Shown here: one piece after another, positions 23,041 through 31,938 of the stretch | How the letters are laid out: each line of letters begins with the position of its first letter | Position numbering within the stretch: the stretch's first letter is position 1 | DNA from: a virus | Taxonomy: Duplodnaviria; Caudoviricetes | IMG/VR virus record: IMGVR_UViG_3300043652_000023 | Span: 1 to 41,731 of that record | DNA length: 41,731 nt | Strand: one strand, 5' to 3' | Made by a program: the position numbers and the translations under genes | The notes under the pieces: model-generated | Databases searched by the model: none | Told to the model about the DNA's origin: nothing | Seen by the model: only the letters and a program-made list of their open reading frames with translations

Positions 23041-24654
23041 GTGGCGGAAGTGCCTTTGCCGGATCGCAACGTGTTGTGGCCCCCGCAGGAGTGTAAAGAG
23101 GCGAAGAAGCATTACGACGAGTGGGGCGCGTGGTTCTCCGGCGACCCGCAGCAGCTCCGCCAGTACTACCAGGTCAGCAACGGCTTCGGCGCGCTGATCG
23201 ACCCGAAGCAGTACCCGGACAGCGCGAACAACCTGCTGGACCAGATCAGCAAATTCTTCTGGGGCAACCCGCCGGAGCAGGGCAATATCCGGGACGGCAA
23301 GCTGCACATCCCGCTCGCTGGCGACATCGCCAGCACCAGCGCCGACCTGCTGTACACCGAACCGCCCGCGTTCACCGTGGTCGAGGACCTGATCGGCGCG
23401 GAGCGCACCCAGGGCAGGCTCGACAAGATCGTCGACAACGGCATGATTCCCGCGCTGCTGGAGTCGGCGGAGGTGGCGTCCGCCATGGGCGGCGTTTACC
23501 TGCGGCTCACGGTAGACCCGGACATGGCCAATACGCCGCTGTTCGACGTGATTCCGCCGGAGTCGGCCGTGCCGATGTTCCGCAGCGGCAGGCTGCAGGC
23601 GGTCATCTTCTGGCGCAAGGTCGGGCAGATCGAGAATTCGGTCTTCCGGCATCTGGAGCTGCACGAGGTCGGCCGAGTGTGGCACGGCCTGTACCAGGGG
23701 TCGGACGAGGCCCTGGGCGAGCGGATCGACCTGCGGGCCATGGAGGAGACCTCCCAGTATTTCGACATCGTCGGCGAGGCCGGGTTTGTCGAGACGTTCT
23801 CCGACGGCCTCACGGCCGAGTACATCCCGAACATGCGGCCTAACCGGGTCATGAAGGGCAGCCCGTTCGGCCGGAGCGACTACCAGGGCATCGAAGCCAC
23901 GATGGACGCGCTTGACGAGGTGTGGTCGAGCCTGATGCGGGACGTCCGCCTGGGCAAATCCCGTCTGATCGTCCCCGAGAGCTACCTGGAGTCCAACGGC
24001 GTCGGCCGAGGAGCCAGGTTCAGTGCTGAGCGCGAGCTGTTCACCCCGGTCAAGGCCATGCCGGACAACGAGGGCGTCAGCATCGAACAGGTGCAGTTCA
24101 CCATTCGTGTGGACGAACACCTGGCCAGTGCGCGGATGCTGGCGGCTCAAGCGCTCCGAGGTGCGGGATACAGCGCCCAGACGTTCGGCGAGGGCGACCA
24201 GTCCGGCCCGGCCACGGCCACCGAGATCCAGGCCCGAGAGAGCCGCAGCTACACTACGCGGGACCGCAAGATCGGCTACCAGCGACCGGCGATCGCGAGA
24301 CTGGCCAGGGTGGCGCTGCAGATGGACAAGGCGTTCTTCGGCAGTGACGCTGGCGACGTCAGCGAGAACCCCAACCTGGAATGGCCGGACGGCGTTCAGA
24401 CCGACATGGAGACCACGAGCAAGGTGGTCCAGATGCTGGATGCGGCGAAGGCTGTCAGCTCGCGCACCAAGATCGAGATGGTGCACCCGCAGTGGGACAC
24501 CGGCCAGGTGCAGGAAGAGATCGAGCTGATCGAGGGCGAGGCGACCATTGCGGTCGACGTGCCCAACGGGGCGGACCAATTCGACGAGCCTGAGATGACC
24601 GACGCGGCTGACACCGACGAACCCGCTGAGCCCGCTGCGGAACCGGTCCGGTGA
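23041..24654 (+). CDS. Portal protein (SPP1/A118-like)
   Basis: Position after terL; 537 aa; GRSDY, TATEI motifs. Confidence 0.9.
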   Translation: MAEVPLPDRNVLWPPQECKEAKKHYDEWGAWFSGDPQQLRQYYQVSNGFGALIDPKQYPDSANNLLDQISKFFWGNPPEQGNIRDGKLHIPLAGDIASTSADLLYTEPPAFTVVEDLIGAERTQGRLDKIVDNGMIPALLESAEVASAMGGVYLRLTVDPDMANTPLFDVIPPESAVPMFRSGRLQAVIFWRKVGQIENSVFRHLELHEVGRVWHGLYQGSDEALGERIDLRAMEETSQYFDIVGEAGFVETFSDGLTAEYIPNMRPNRVMKGSPFGRSDYQGIEATMDALDEVWSSLMRDVRLGKSRLIVPESYLESNGVGRGARFSAERELFTPVKAMPDNEGVSIEQVQFTIRVDEHLASARMLAAQALRGAGYSAQTFGEGDQSGPATATEIQARESRSYTTRDRKIGYQRPAIARLARVALQMDKAFFGSDAGDVSENPNLEWPDGVQTDMETTSKVVQMLDAAKAVSSRTKIEMVHPQWDTGQVQEEIELIEGEATIAVDVPNGADQFDEPEMTDAADTDEPAEPAAEPVR

Positions 24655-25739
24655 ACCCCGAGGACGGGGAGGGGCTGGCCGACGAGGTGGTGGCGGCTTA
24701 CACCGAGGCCGAGACCACGCTGCTCGGCAGGATTGCAACCTTCCTGGGCTCTAAACTTGACGATGGCAACTGGTCTTTGTCAAATCGAAGCGGGTCAGGA
24801 TTCGTCCGACGCACAATAGCGTCTCTGGCGTCCAAACTGCTCAGCAAAGGTCGCAAGGCCGGAGCCAAGGCGACCAAGAAAGCGGCCGACCTGGGCGCTG
24901 CATCGGCCGACCAGGAGTTGGGCGGCTTGGCCGACGATCTGCCAGCGGCCGACACGAGTAAAGCGGCCAGCAACGGCTCGAAGCGTCTTAACGACGCGCT
25001 GGCTCCGGTCGAGAAGGCGATGCTCAGCCAGACCATGAACGCCTACCAACTCGTCATCACCGAGGTGAGCGCGGCGGTCGAGGCGGGCACCAGTAACCGA
25101 CTGGGTGCGGCGGGCAGGGCGCTGGCCAAATTCGCCAACGCCGGAATCACCGGTTTCGTGGACAAGGCCGGGCGGAACTGGGAAATCGCGACCTACGTCG
25201 AGATGGCAGTCCGAACCCAGGTCATGAACACCATGGTGGCGGCTCACACCGACCGCCTTGCGGAGGCCGGGGTCACCGTGGTCATGGTCAGCGAGGCCCC
25301 GTACGAGTGCCCTTTGTGCAAACCCTGGGAGGGCAAGCTTCTGGAGGTCGGCGGCAAATCGGGCAAGCACACCGTGACAATGCGGGTCGGCAACGAGGAC
25401 GTCAAGGTTACAGTAGACGGCTCGCTGGAAGAAGCGCGGTCCAATGGTCTGTTTCACCCCAACTGCCGACACAACACAACGGGCTACCTGCCGGGCCACT
25501 CCACTCCGGCCGCCAAAACCGGCAACAAGGGCGTCACGTACGAGGACACCCAGAAGCAGCGCGCTCTCGAACGACAGGCCCGAAAGTGGGACCGACGCAG
25601 GGCAGTGGCGCTAGACGACGACCAACGAAAGTTGGCCGACGACAAGGTTAAACAGTACAAGGCAGCGATCAAGGAGCACGTAGCCAAGACCAAGCTGCCA
25701 CGCAAGACCAACCGTGAACGACACGACGGTACGAGGTGA
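24651..25739 (+). CDS. Minor capsid / head morphogenesis protein
   Basis: GFVDKAGRNW...YVEMAVRT, CPLCKPWEG, GLFHPNCRH. Confidence 0.85.
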   Translation: MNPEDGEGLADEVVAAYTEAETTLLGRIATFLGSKLDDGNWSLSNRSGSGFVRRTIASLASKLLSKGRKAGAKATKKAADLGAASADQELGGLADDLPAADTSKAASNGSKRLNDALAPVEKAMLSQTMNAYQLVITEVSAAVEAGTSNRLGAAGRALAKFANAGITGFVDKAGRNWEIATYVEMAVRTQVMNTMVAAHTDRLAEAGVTVVMVSEAPYECPLCKPWEGKLLEVGGKSGKHTVTMRVGNEDVKVTVDGSLEEARSNGLFHPNCRHNTTGYLPGHSTPAAKTGNKGVTYEDTQKQRALERQARKWDRRRAVALDDDQRKLADDKVKQYKAAIKEHVAKTKLPRKTNRERHDGTR

Positions 25740-25744
25740 CTTCC

Positions 25745-25837
25745 ATGCGTGACAACCTGAACGTCTCGTTCCTGCTGCTCCTGGCAACCTTCATCCTGGT
25801 GTTGCTGATGTTCCTGGGCGTAACGCCCACCAACTGA
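25745..25837 (+). CDS. 30-aa single-TM micropeptide (MRDNLNVSFLLLLATFILVLLMFLGVTPTN)
   Basis: GAGGTGA RBS; fills the gap between head genes. Confidence 0.55.
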   Translation: MRDNLNVSFLLLLATFILVLLMFLGVTPTN

Positions 25838-25901
25838 CCTACTTCCAGCCGGATTGACTCCGGCGACGACCCGGGGGCGGGACGCTCCCAGGAGGCAAAC
25901 A

Positions 25902-26801
25902 ATGTCTACTCCGATCGAGCCCGCAGCCGCCGCACCGGACCTCCCCGCGCCCACGGGAGAGCCTGGGACAGCCGCCCCGGCCCCGGAGCCCCCGGCCGCT
26001 CCCGCAGGCTCTCCGGACCCCAGCGGGACCGCTCTCCCGGACGGCGTGATGGTGTCCGGCCGCGCGCTGGACGGAACCGCCCCCGGCTTCGCGACTCCGG
26101 GTCAGCCTGCCTCCACCCCGTCAGGGCAGGCTGACCCGGTGGTTACCGACCCGGCCGCTGGCGCGGCCCCCGCCGCACGACCCGAGATCACCGACCTGCC
26201 CGAGTGGGCACAGACGCTGATCAAGGACACGCGCGAGGAGGCCGCCCGCACCCGGGTGGACGCCAAAGCCAAGGCCGCCGAAGAGGCGGCAGTGGCGGCC
26301 ACGAAGAAAGTGACCGAGGACATCGGCCGGGCGCTCGGTCTGATCACCGACGACACCCCGCCGGAAGAGCAGCTCACCCCCGAGCAGCTCCAAGAACTCC
26401 TGTCCGGAGAGCGCACCTCGACCAAGATGGCGCGCACCGAGCTGGCCGTATTCAAGGCCGCCACCTCTGGCCAGTTCAACGCTTCGGCGTTGCTCGACTC
26501 CCGGTCGTTCCTCGACGCTGTCAAGGAGATCGACCCGGGTGACCATGAAAAGATCGGCGAGGCCATCGCGGCTGCTGTCGAGGCCAACCCCTGGCTGAAG
26601 GCAACCGCGCCTACGGCCGCTCCCCAGGGCGCGCCCCCGGTTGACCCGGCCGCGCCCGCAACGCCCCCGGCCGCTCCTGCGGCCACACCTCCTGTCGCCC
26701 CCCCGGGCGGCACGTTTGCCGGTGGACCCGGTGGACGGAACACGGACCTTTCGTCCATGTCTATCGACGATTTCCGGGCTATGCGCCGGAACAACACCTG
26801 A
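25902..26801 (+). CDS. Capsid scaffolding protein
   Basis: AGGAGG RBS; Pro/Ala-rich, LPEWAQ..I...R.EAA..R, LLDSRSF; precedes the major capsid gene. Confidence 0.85.
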   Translation: MSTPIEPAAAAPDLPAPTGEPGTAAPAPEPPAAPAGSPDPSGTALPDGVMVSGRALDGTAPGFATPGQPASTPSGQADPVVTDPAAGAAPAARPEITDLPEWAQTLIKDTREEAARTRVDAKAKAAEEAAVAATKKVTEDIGRALGLITDDTPPEEQLTPEQLQELLSGERTSTKMARTELAVFKAATSGQFNASALLDSRSFLDAVKEIDPGDHEKIGEAIAAAVEANPWLKATAPTAAPQGAPPVDPAAPATPPAAPAATPPVAPPGGTFAGGPGGRNTDLSSMSIDDFRAMRRNNT

Positions 26802-26822
26802 GCAAACGGAGGTTAGCCAGCG

Positions 26823-27749
26823 ATGGCCAACACGTTCCTTACCCCTGACATCATCGCGCGCGCTGCGCTCGCCACCCTGTACGAGACCACGGTCATGGCC
26901 GGACTCGTCTACCGGGACTACGAGCAGGAGTTCCAGCAGGTCGGCGACACCATCACCATCCGGAAGCCCACCACGTTCACCGCGCAGGAGTACAACCGCA
27001 CTGCCGGTATCAACGTTCAGAACGCGACGGAGACCGGCGTTCCTCTGACGCTGAACCACTTCGCCGACGTGTCGTTCGCGGTCACGTCCGAGGACCTCAC
27101 CCTGAACGTGCTGGACTTCGGCCAGCAGCTGCTGAACCCGGCGATGGAAGCCATCAGCCAGAAGATCGACCGCGACATCATGGCGCTGTCGGCCGACATC
27201 AGCCAGACGGTCGGCGTGGTCGACGGTACGAACTCCCCGCTCCCGGGCGAGAACGGCTGGCGCTACGACGACCCGAAGGCCGCGATCGACGCCGGTCGTG
27301 TCCTGACCCAGCGCAACGTGCCGATCACCGGCCGCCGCCTGGTTCTCGGCCCGATCACCACGGCCTCGTGGATGGGCGACCCGTTCTTCATCCGTGCGGA
27401 CACGCGCGGCGACACCGAGGGCCTGCGTGAGGCCAACCTCGGTCGGCGGGTGTACGGCTTCGACGCGTACCAGTCGCAGAACGTTCCGGCCCCCGGCGTC
27501 GGCGGTTCCTCGACCGAGACGGGCATCGCGTTCCACCAGACCGCGCTGGCCCTGGCGTTCCGCCCGCTCGCCCTCCCCAGGGGCGCAGCCAACGCGGCTA
27601 TCGCCAACTACAAGGGCTTCGGCCTGCGCGTCGTGTACGACTACGACGTGGACAAGAAGCAGGACGTCGTCTCGATCGACTGCCTGTACGGCACCAAGGT
27701 TCTGGACCCGAACCGTGCGGTCCTCATCCAGGGCCCTGCGGGCAGCTGA
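26823..27749 (+). CDS. Major capsid protein (P22-coat/HK97-fold type)
   Basis: MANTFLTP.IIA..AL..L, GDTITIRKP, D.LYG.K.L.P; very high codon bias. Confidence 0.9.
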   Translation: MANTFLTPDIIARAALATLYETTVMAGLVYRDYEQEFQQVGDTITIRKPTTFTAQEYNRTAGINVQNATETGVPLTLNHFADVSFAVTSEDLTLNVLDFGQQLLNPAMEAISQKIDRDIMALSADISQTVGVVDGTNSPLPGENGWRYDDPKAAIDAGRVLTQRNVPITGRRLVLGPITTASWMGDPFFIRADTRGDTEGLREANLGRRVYGFDAYQSQNVPAPGVGGSSTETGIAFHQTALALAFRPLALPRGAANAAIANYKGFGLRVVYDYDVDKKQDVVSIDCLYGTKVLDPNRAVLIQGPAGS

Positions 27750-28675
27750 TGCGAGTCGTCCTACTCGGCGCGCCCCGGCCTCTTCACCTGAATCGTTGGA
27801 AAGACGACATGGCAGAGGCGGGGGTGGTGCTGGGCTGGGACGTTTTGCATCTACCGGCCAGGGGCCTGACCACCGACCAGGTGGTTCGGGTCTCGGCCGG
27901 GTGCGACCTGTTCATCTGGGCGCGCACCCACGGGCACTACCCGGAGGGCGACCTCCACGGCATGCTCCGCCGGATCGAGGACTCAGGCACCCCAACGGTC
28001 GGCGTGCACTTCGACCTGTACTGGGGCCTGGGCACCCGGGAAGACCAGATCGGCGTCGACCCCTGGTGGTCCCACCAGTTCGTGTTCACTGCGGACGGCG
28101 GGCACCAGGCCGAATTCGCGGCGCGCGGGGTCAACCATTACTGGATGCCACCCGCTCTCGGCCATCGCTGGCTGGGGGCTGGCCGACCGAGCCCAGCATT
28201 CGGCGCGCTGGACGCGGTGTTCACCGGCTCCAACCTCCGGGCCATACACGGCGAGCACCGGCGGCAGCTGCTCGACTGGGCCACCACCAAATGGGGTCGG
28301 TCGTTCCGGATGTTCGGCGGCATGACCCAGGTGTGGGGCGCTGACCTCAGCCACCTGTACGCATCCACCCGAACCGTGCTGGGGGACAGCGCCCCGGCCG
28401 ACCGATATTGGTCGGACCGGGTGCCCTCGGTGCTCGGTCGCGGCGGCCTGCTGGCTCACCCCAACACTGTTGGATTCGAGGGTCAAGGGGTAACGGGGGA
28501 AGTGGCGGTGTTGTTCGACCGCTTCGACTTCGCCGGACTCGGCGACCAGCTGTCCGCACTTACCGACCACGACCGCACAACGATGCGGCAGAACGCCCTC
28601 GACTTGGTGCGCGATCGACATCTGTTCACCCACCGGCTGCAACAGATTCAAGAGGTCGTGTTCCAGTGCGGGTGA
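27749..28675 (+). CDS. Glycosyltransferase (GT-B, CgeB-like)
   Basis: YWSDRVP..LGRGGLL.HP and RHLFTHRL C-terminal motifs. Confidence 0.75.
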   Translation: MRVVLLGAPRPLHLNRWKDDMAEAGVVLGWDVLHLPARGLTTDQVVRVSAGCDLFIWARTHGHYPEGDLHGMLRRIEDSGTPTVGVHFDLYWGLGTREDQIGVDPWWSHQFVFTADGGHQAEFAARGVNHYWMPPALGHRWLGAGRPSPAFGALDAVFTGSNLRAIHGEHRRQLLDWATTKWGRSFRMFGGMTQVWGADLSHLYASTRTVLGDSAPADRYWSDRVPSVLGRGGLLAHPNTVGFEGQGVTGEVAVLFDRFDFAGLGDQLSALTDHDRTTMRQNALDLVRDRHLFTHRLQQIQEVVFQCG

Positions 28676-29355
28676 TCGTCGCGGCATCCGGCAGCCAGCA
28701 CAAGTGGGGAAACCACCTCGGTGTACCCTCACACCTGGTTCCGGTCCGCGACCCACTGCGGGCAGGCGGCAAGGAGCTGCTGTTGCATCGCACAGTCCGG
28801 CAGGCCTTTGACAGGCTCGGCCCGGACGTGCACCTCACCGCGCCCCCAGGTGACGACCGGTACAGGCTGCCGGGCGTTGCCACGCACGAGCGCTCGCCAG
28901 GCGACTTCGGCAACGAGTACCTGGCGAGCCGCGATCTGTGGTCGACCACCGGTCCAACTGTCCTGCTGCTGGGCGACGTCTATTTCACCGACCGCGCAAT
29001 GCGCGCGATCCGGGGACATCACCAGGCAGCCAAGACTTACCGGGTGTTCGGCCGGTACATGGGGTCACAACAGACAGGCACACCGTACGGCGAGATCTTC
29101 GCCGTGTCGTTCTGGCCCAACTGTCACAACATGCTAGACCGCCATCTCGCCCGCGTCGTGCGGGCGTTCCACAATGGCGAATCCAAGAGGCGTGACGGCT
29201 GGACGCTGTTGCGCTCAATCCAGGGCACGCCGCTCAACGAGCACATCGTCTGCCAGCCGTGGTTCGTCGAGATCAACGATTGGACCGACGACATCGACTT
29301 CCCGGCCGACTACGAGCGGCACCCGGCGACGAGGACTAAACAATGGGTAACGTGA
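28666..29355 (+). CDS. Sugar nucleotidyltransferase-like (GT-A fold) protein
   Basis: VIVAASG...W...GVP.HL, ELLLHRTVRQ, VLLLGDVYF, DDID. Confidence 0.65.
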   Translation: MRVIVAASGSQHKWGNHLGVPSHLVPVRDPLRAGGKELLLHRTVRQAFDRLGPDVHLTAPPGDDRYRLPGVATHERSPGDFGNEYLASRDLWSTTGPTVLLLGDVYFTDRAMRAIRGHHQAAKTYRVFGRYMGSQQTGTPYGEIFAVSFWPNCHNMLDRHLARVVRAFHNGESKRRDGWTLLRSIQGTPLNEHIVCQPWFVEINDWTDDIDFPADYERHPATRTKQWVT

Positions 29356-29987
29356 TGGCGGCCTTCCCGGGCCTGATCAGGCGCCTGGGGGTCGACCCCT
29401 CCGGCCAGCTCGTCCACGTGGGCGCGCACGAAGGCCAAGAGATGCCGTACTACTACGAGGCCGGGTTCACCAACATCGTGCTGGTCGAGCCCATCCCGCA
29501 GTTGGTCCGCCAACTGCGCACCCGGTTTCCCGGAGCCGACGTTGTGCAGGCCGCCTGCTCCGACGTCGACGGTTCGGCCAACTTCCACCTGATGGCCAAG
29601 AGCAACATGTCGACGCTGGCCGATCCGCTGCCGATCGACCACGTTGTGGACACCTTTGTTGTGTCCACTCGGCGGCTGGACTCGATCGCGCCCAACGCCA
29701 AGGTAGCGGTTATCGACGCTCAGGGCCTCGAACTTGAGGTGCTGGAGGGCGCGCCCTGGGACAGCCTCGAACTGCTGATCGTGGAGTCGTGCACCGAGGA
29801 CGATTCCACGATGGCCAGCCCGTACGACCTGGTGACCGAGGTCGTCACAACGCACGGATTCGTCGAGGTCGACCGGTGGGTCCGGGATTACGACTTCGTC
29901 AACAAGTGGGCGCGCGGCAACCGCCAGCAGAAGGTCACCGGCGGCGAAGTTCGCGATGTTGTGTTCCAGCGAGGTGACCTGCTGTGA
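29343..29987 (+). CDS. FkbM-family methyltransferase
   Basis: VHVGAHEG, VEP.P, RRLDSI, IDAQGLELEVLEGA. Confidence 0.85.
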   Translation: MGNVMAAFPGLIRRLGVDPSGQLVHVGAHEGQEMPYYYEAGFTNIVLVEPIPQLVRQLRTRFPGADVVQAACSDVDGSANFHLMAKSNMSTLADPLPIDHVVDTFVVSTRRLDSIAPNAKVAVIDAQGLELEVLEGAPWDSLELLIVESCTEDDSTMASPYDLVTEVVTTHGFVEVDRWVRDYDFVNKWARGNRQQKVTGGEVRDVVFQRGDLL

Positions 29988-31069
29988 GCGTTGCCGTTCT
30001 GGTCCCGTTCGACACCAGCGATCCACAACGCGCCCAGGTTTGGGCGTACCTGCTGGAGCGTTGGCAGGTCGCCCACCGAGACTGGCCCGTGTTCACCGGG
30101 CGGGATCGCACCGAGGGCGGGTGGCGCAAGGCCGAGGCCATCAAGGACGCCCTGTCGCAGACCGACGCCGACATCCTGATCGTTGCCGACGCCGACATCT
30201 GGTGCGACCGCGTTGCCGACGCTGTTGTGGCCGTGCAACAAGGCCAAGCTAAGTGGGCTGTCCCGCAGCTGGCCGTACATCGCCTGAGCGAGAAGACAAC
30301 GGCCGACCTGCTGAACGGCACGCGCGTGCTGGAGCGACCCGGCAACGCGCTGGAGGTTCACGTTGCAACGCAGGGTGGCGGCCTGACGGTCCTCACCCGC
30401 GAAGTCCTCGAAGGCGTCCCAATCGACCCCGCGTTCAGCGGCTGGGGCCAGGAGGACGAATCCTGGGCGCTGGCCCTGAACACCCTCGCCGGACCAGCCT
30501 GGCGGGGCAACACCTGGTTGACCCACCTGTGGCACCAGCCGCAGGAACGACTGTCCCGAGAAATTGGGTCGGATGCGGGTAGGGCGCGCTACCGTCAGTA
30601 CCAGCAGGCGGCGGGCAATCAGCCCGCGATGCGCGCCCTGATCTCGGAATTCTGCCCAACTCCTCTGGAAGGTTACGTGATGACCAGCCACCGTTACCGC
30701 AACAAGAACACCACCGAGGTCGTCGAGTACTCGCGCCCCAACGCGCGTCTCGAATACCTGCAGAACTGGGACAAGCTGGTCGACGGCGAGCCGGAGCCCG
30801 AGGCCGCCCCCGCTGGCAGCGGCGGTCTGCTCGGCCAGCCCCAGGTCGGCGACACTCCGCTCGAAGAGCGTGGTGCGACCCTGCCCGCTTCGGATGCCGA
30901 CTGGGACGTGCCCGCGTCCCAGACCGCTCCTGTCGGCCCGGACCCGAAGAACCGACCGGCCAAGGGCGCAACCAAGGAAGCCTGGGTCAACTGGGCGATC
31001 GAGGGCGGCTGTTCCCGCGAGGACGCCGAGCGACTCACCAAGCCCGAACTCATCGAGATCTACAGCTAG
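29984..31069 (+). CDS. Family-2-like glycosyltransferase with a fused C-terminal phage domain
   Basis: VAVLVPF, DAD motif, F.GWG.ED; C-terminal 130 aa are unrelated and preceded by an internal GGAAGG..GTG/ATG. Confidence 0.8.
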   Translation: MSVAVLVPFDTSDPQRAQVWAYLLERWQVAHRDWPVFTGRDRTEGGWRKAEAIKDALSQTDADILIVADADIWCDRVADAVVAVQQGQAKWAVPQLAVHRLSEKTTADLLNGTRVLERPGNALEVHVATQGGGLTVLTREVLEGVPIDPAFSGWGQEDESWALALNTLAGPAWRGNTWLTHLWHQPQERLSREIGSDAGRARYRQYQQAAGNQPAMRALISEFCPTPLEGYVMTSHRYRNKNTTEVVEYSRPNARLEYLQNWDKLVDGEPEPEAAPAGSGGLLGQPQVGDTPLEERGATLPASDADWDVPASQTAPVGPDPKNRPAKGATKEAWVNWAIEGGCSREDAERLTKPELIEIYS

Positions 31070-31081
31070 GAGCCCAACGTC

Positions 31082-31534
31082 ATGGCCAACGTGGTCACCA
31101 ACATCGGCAAGGGTCGGTTCGCGTACTACGCCACCCTCCCGGCCACCAACGACGCTCTCATCGCCGTTGTGCTGGAGGCCACCGGCCTCGAATCGGACGA
31201 CGCGCTGCAGGACTACGACAACCTGTCGCTCCTGCTGGCGGGCGCCAGCAACGAGCAGACCACGATGGGTCGCAAGACGCTGACCAGCGTCACCAGCACC
31301 CAGAACGACGTCGCGAACACGGCGTCGATCGACTGTGCTGACGTCACCTGGACGGCGGCCACGGGCAACGCTACCGGCAAGCTGGTCGTCTGCTACAACC
31401 CGGACACCACGGCGGGCGCCAACGACACGGCCGTCATCCCGCTGACGATGCACGACTTCGCGGTTTCGCCTGACGGTACCGACATCACGGTTCAGATCGA
31501 CGCGGCTGGCCTCGCCACCTCGTCCGACGCCTGA
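31082..31534 (+). CDS. Virion structural protein (head/neck fibre-associated)
   Basis: AGGAG RBS; Thr/Ala/Asp-rich beta-type sequence, strong codon bias, in the head module. Confidence 0.7.
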   Translation: MANVVTNIGKGRFAYYATLPATNDALIAVVLEATGLESDDALQDYDNLSLLLAGASNEQTTMGRKTLTSVTSTQNDVANTASIDCADVTWTAATGNATGKLVVCYNPDTTAGANDTAVIPLTMHDFAVSPDGTDITVQIDAAGLATSSDA

Positions 31535-31542
31535 GGAGCCGC

Positions 31543-31908
31543 ATGACCACTCCCCCCGAAGATCCGCCGCCCACCAACCCGCTGCAGGACCTGGCGGCCA
31601 GCGTCGAGAACCCGTATCCGATGTACCAGCTGAAGCTGGACGTTCGTCCGGATGAGGGTTCTGACGTTGGTATCACCGTCAGGATGAACCTGGTGTTCGC
31701 CGACCTGGTCCCTGACAACCGGCGAAACTGGCTGATCCACGACCTGGTCACTGGTCTGGAAATGCAGGGATACAACCTGGCCCCCAGCGGCGAGGCCAGC
31801 TTCCAGTATGTGGAAGACCCCGAGGACGACAGGGGTTACCACACGGAAGCCGTGGCCAACCTGCTGCCAATGCCGGTCTCTACGGGTCCCAACCCCAACC
31901 GGCCGTAA
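31543..31908 (+). CDS. Hypothetical protein
   Basis: GAGGAG RBS, in operon. Confidence 0.7.
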   Translation: MTTPPEDPPPTNPLQDLAASVENPYPMYQLKLDVRPDEGSDVGITVRMNLVFADLVPDNRRNWLIHDLVTGLEMQGYNLAPSGEASFQYVEDPEDDRGYHTEAVANLLPMPVSTGPNPNRP

Positions 31909-31938
31909 CCACAACACAACGCGAGGGAGGGCGGGCCG

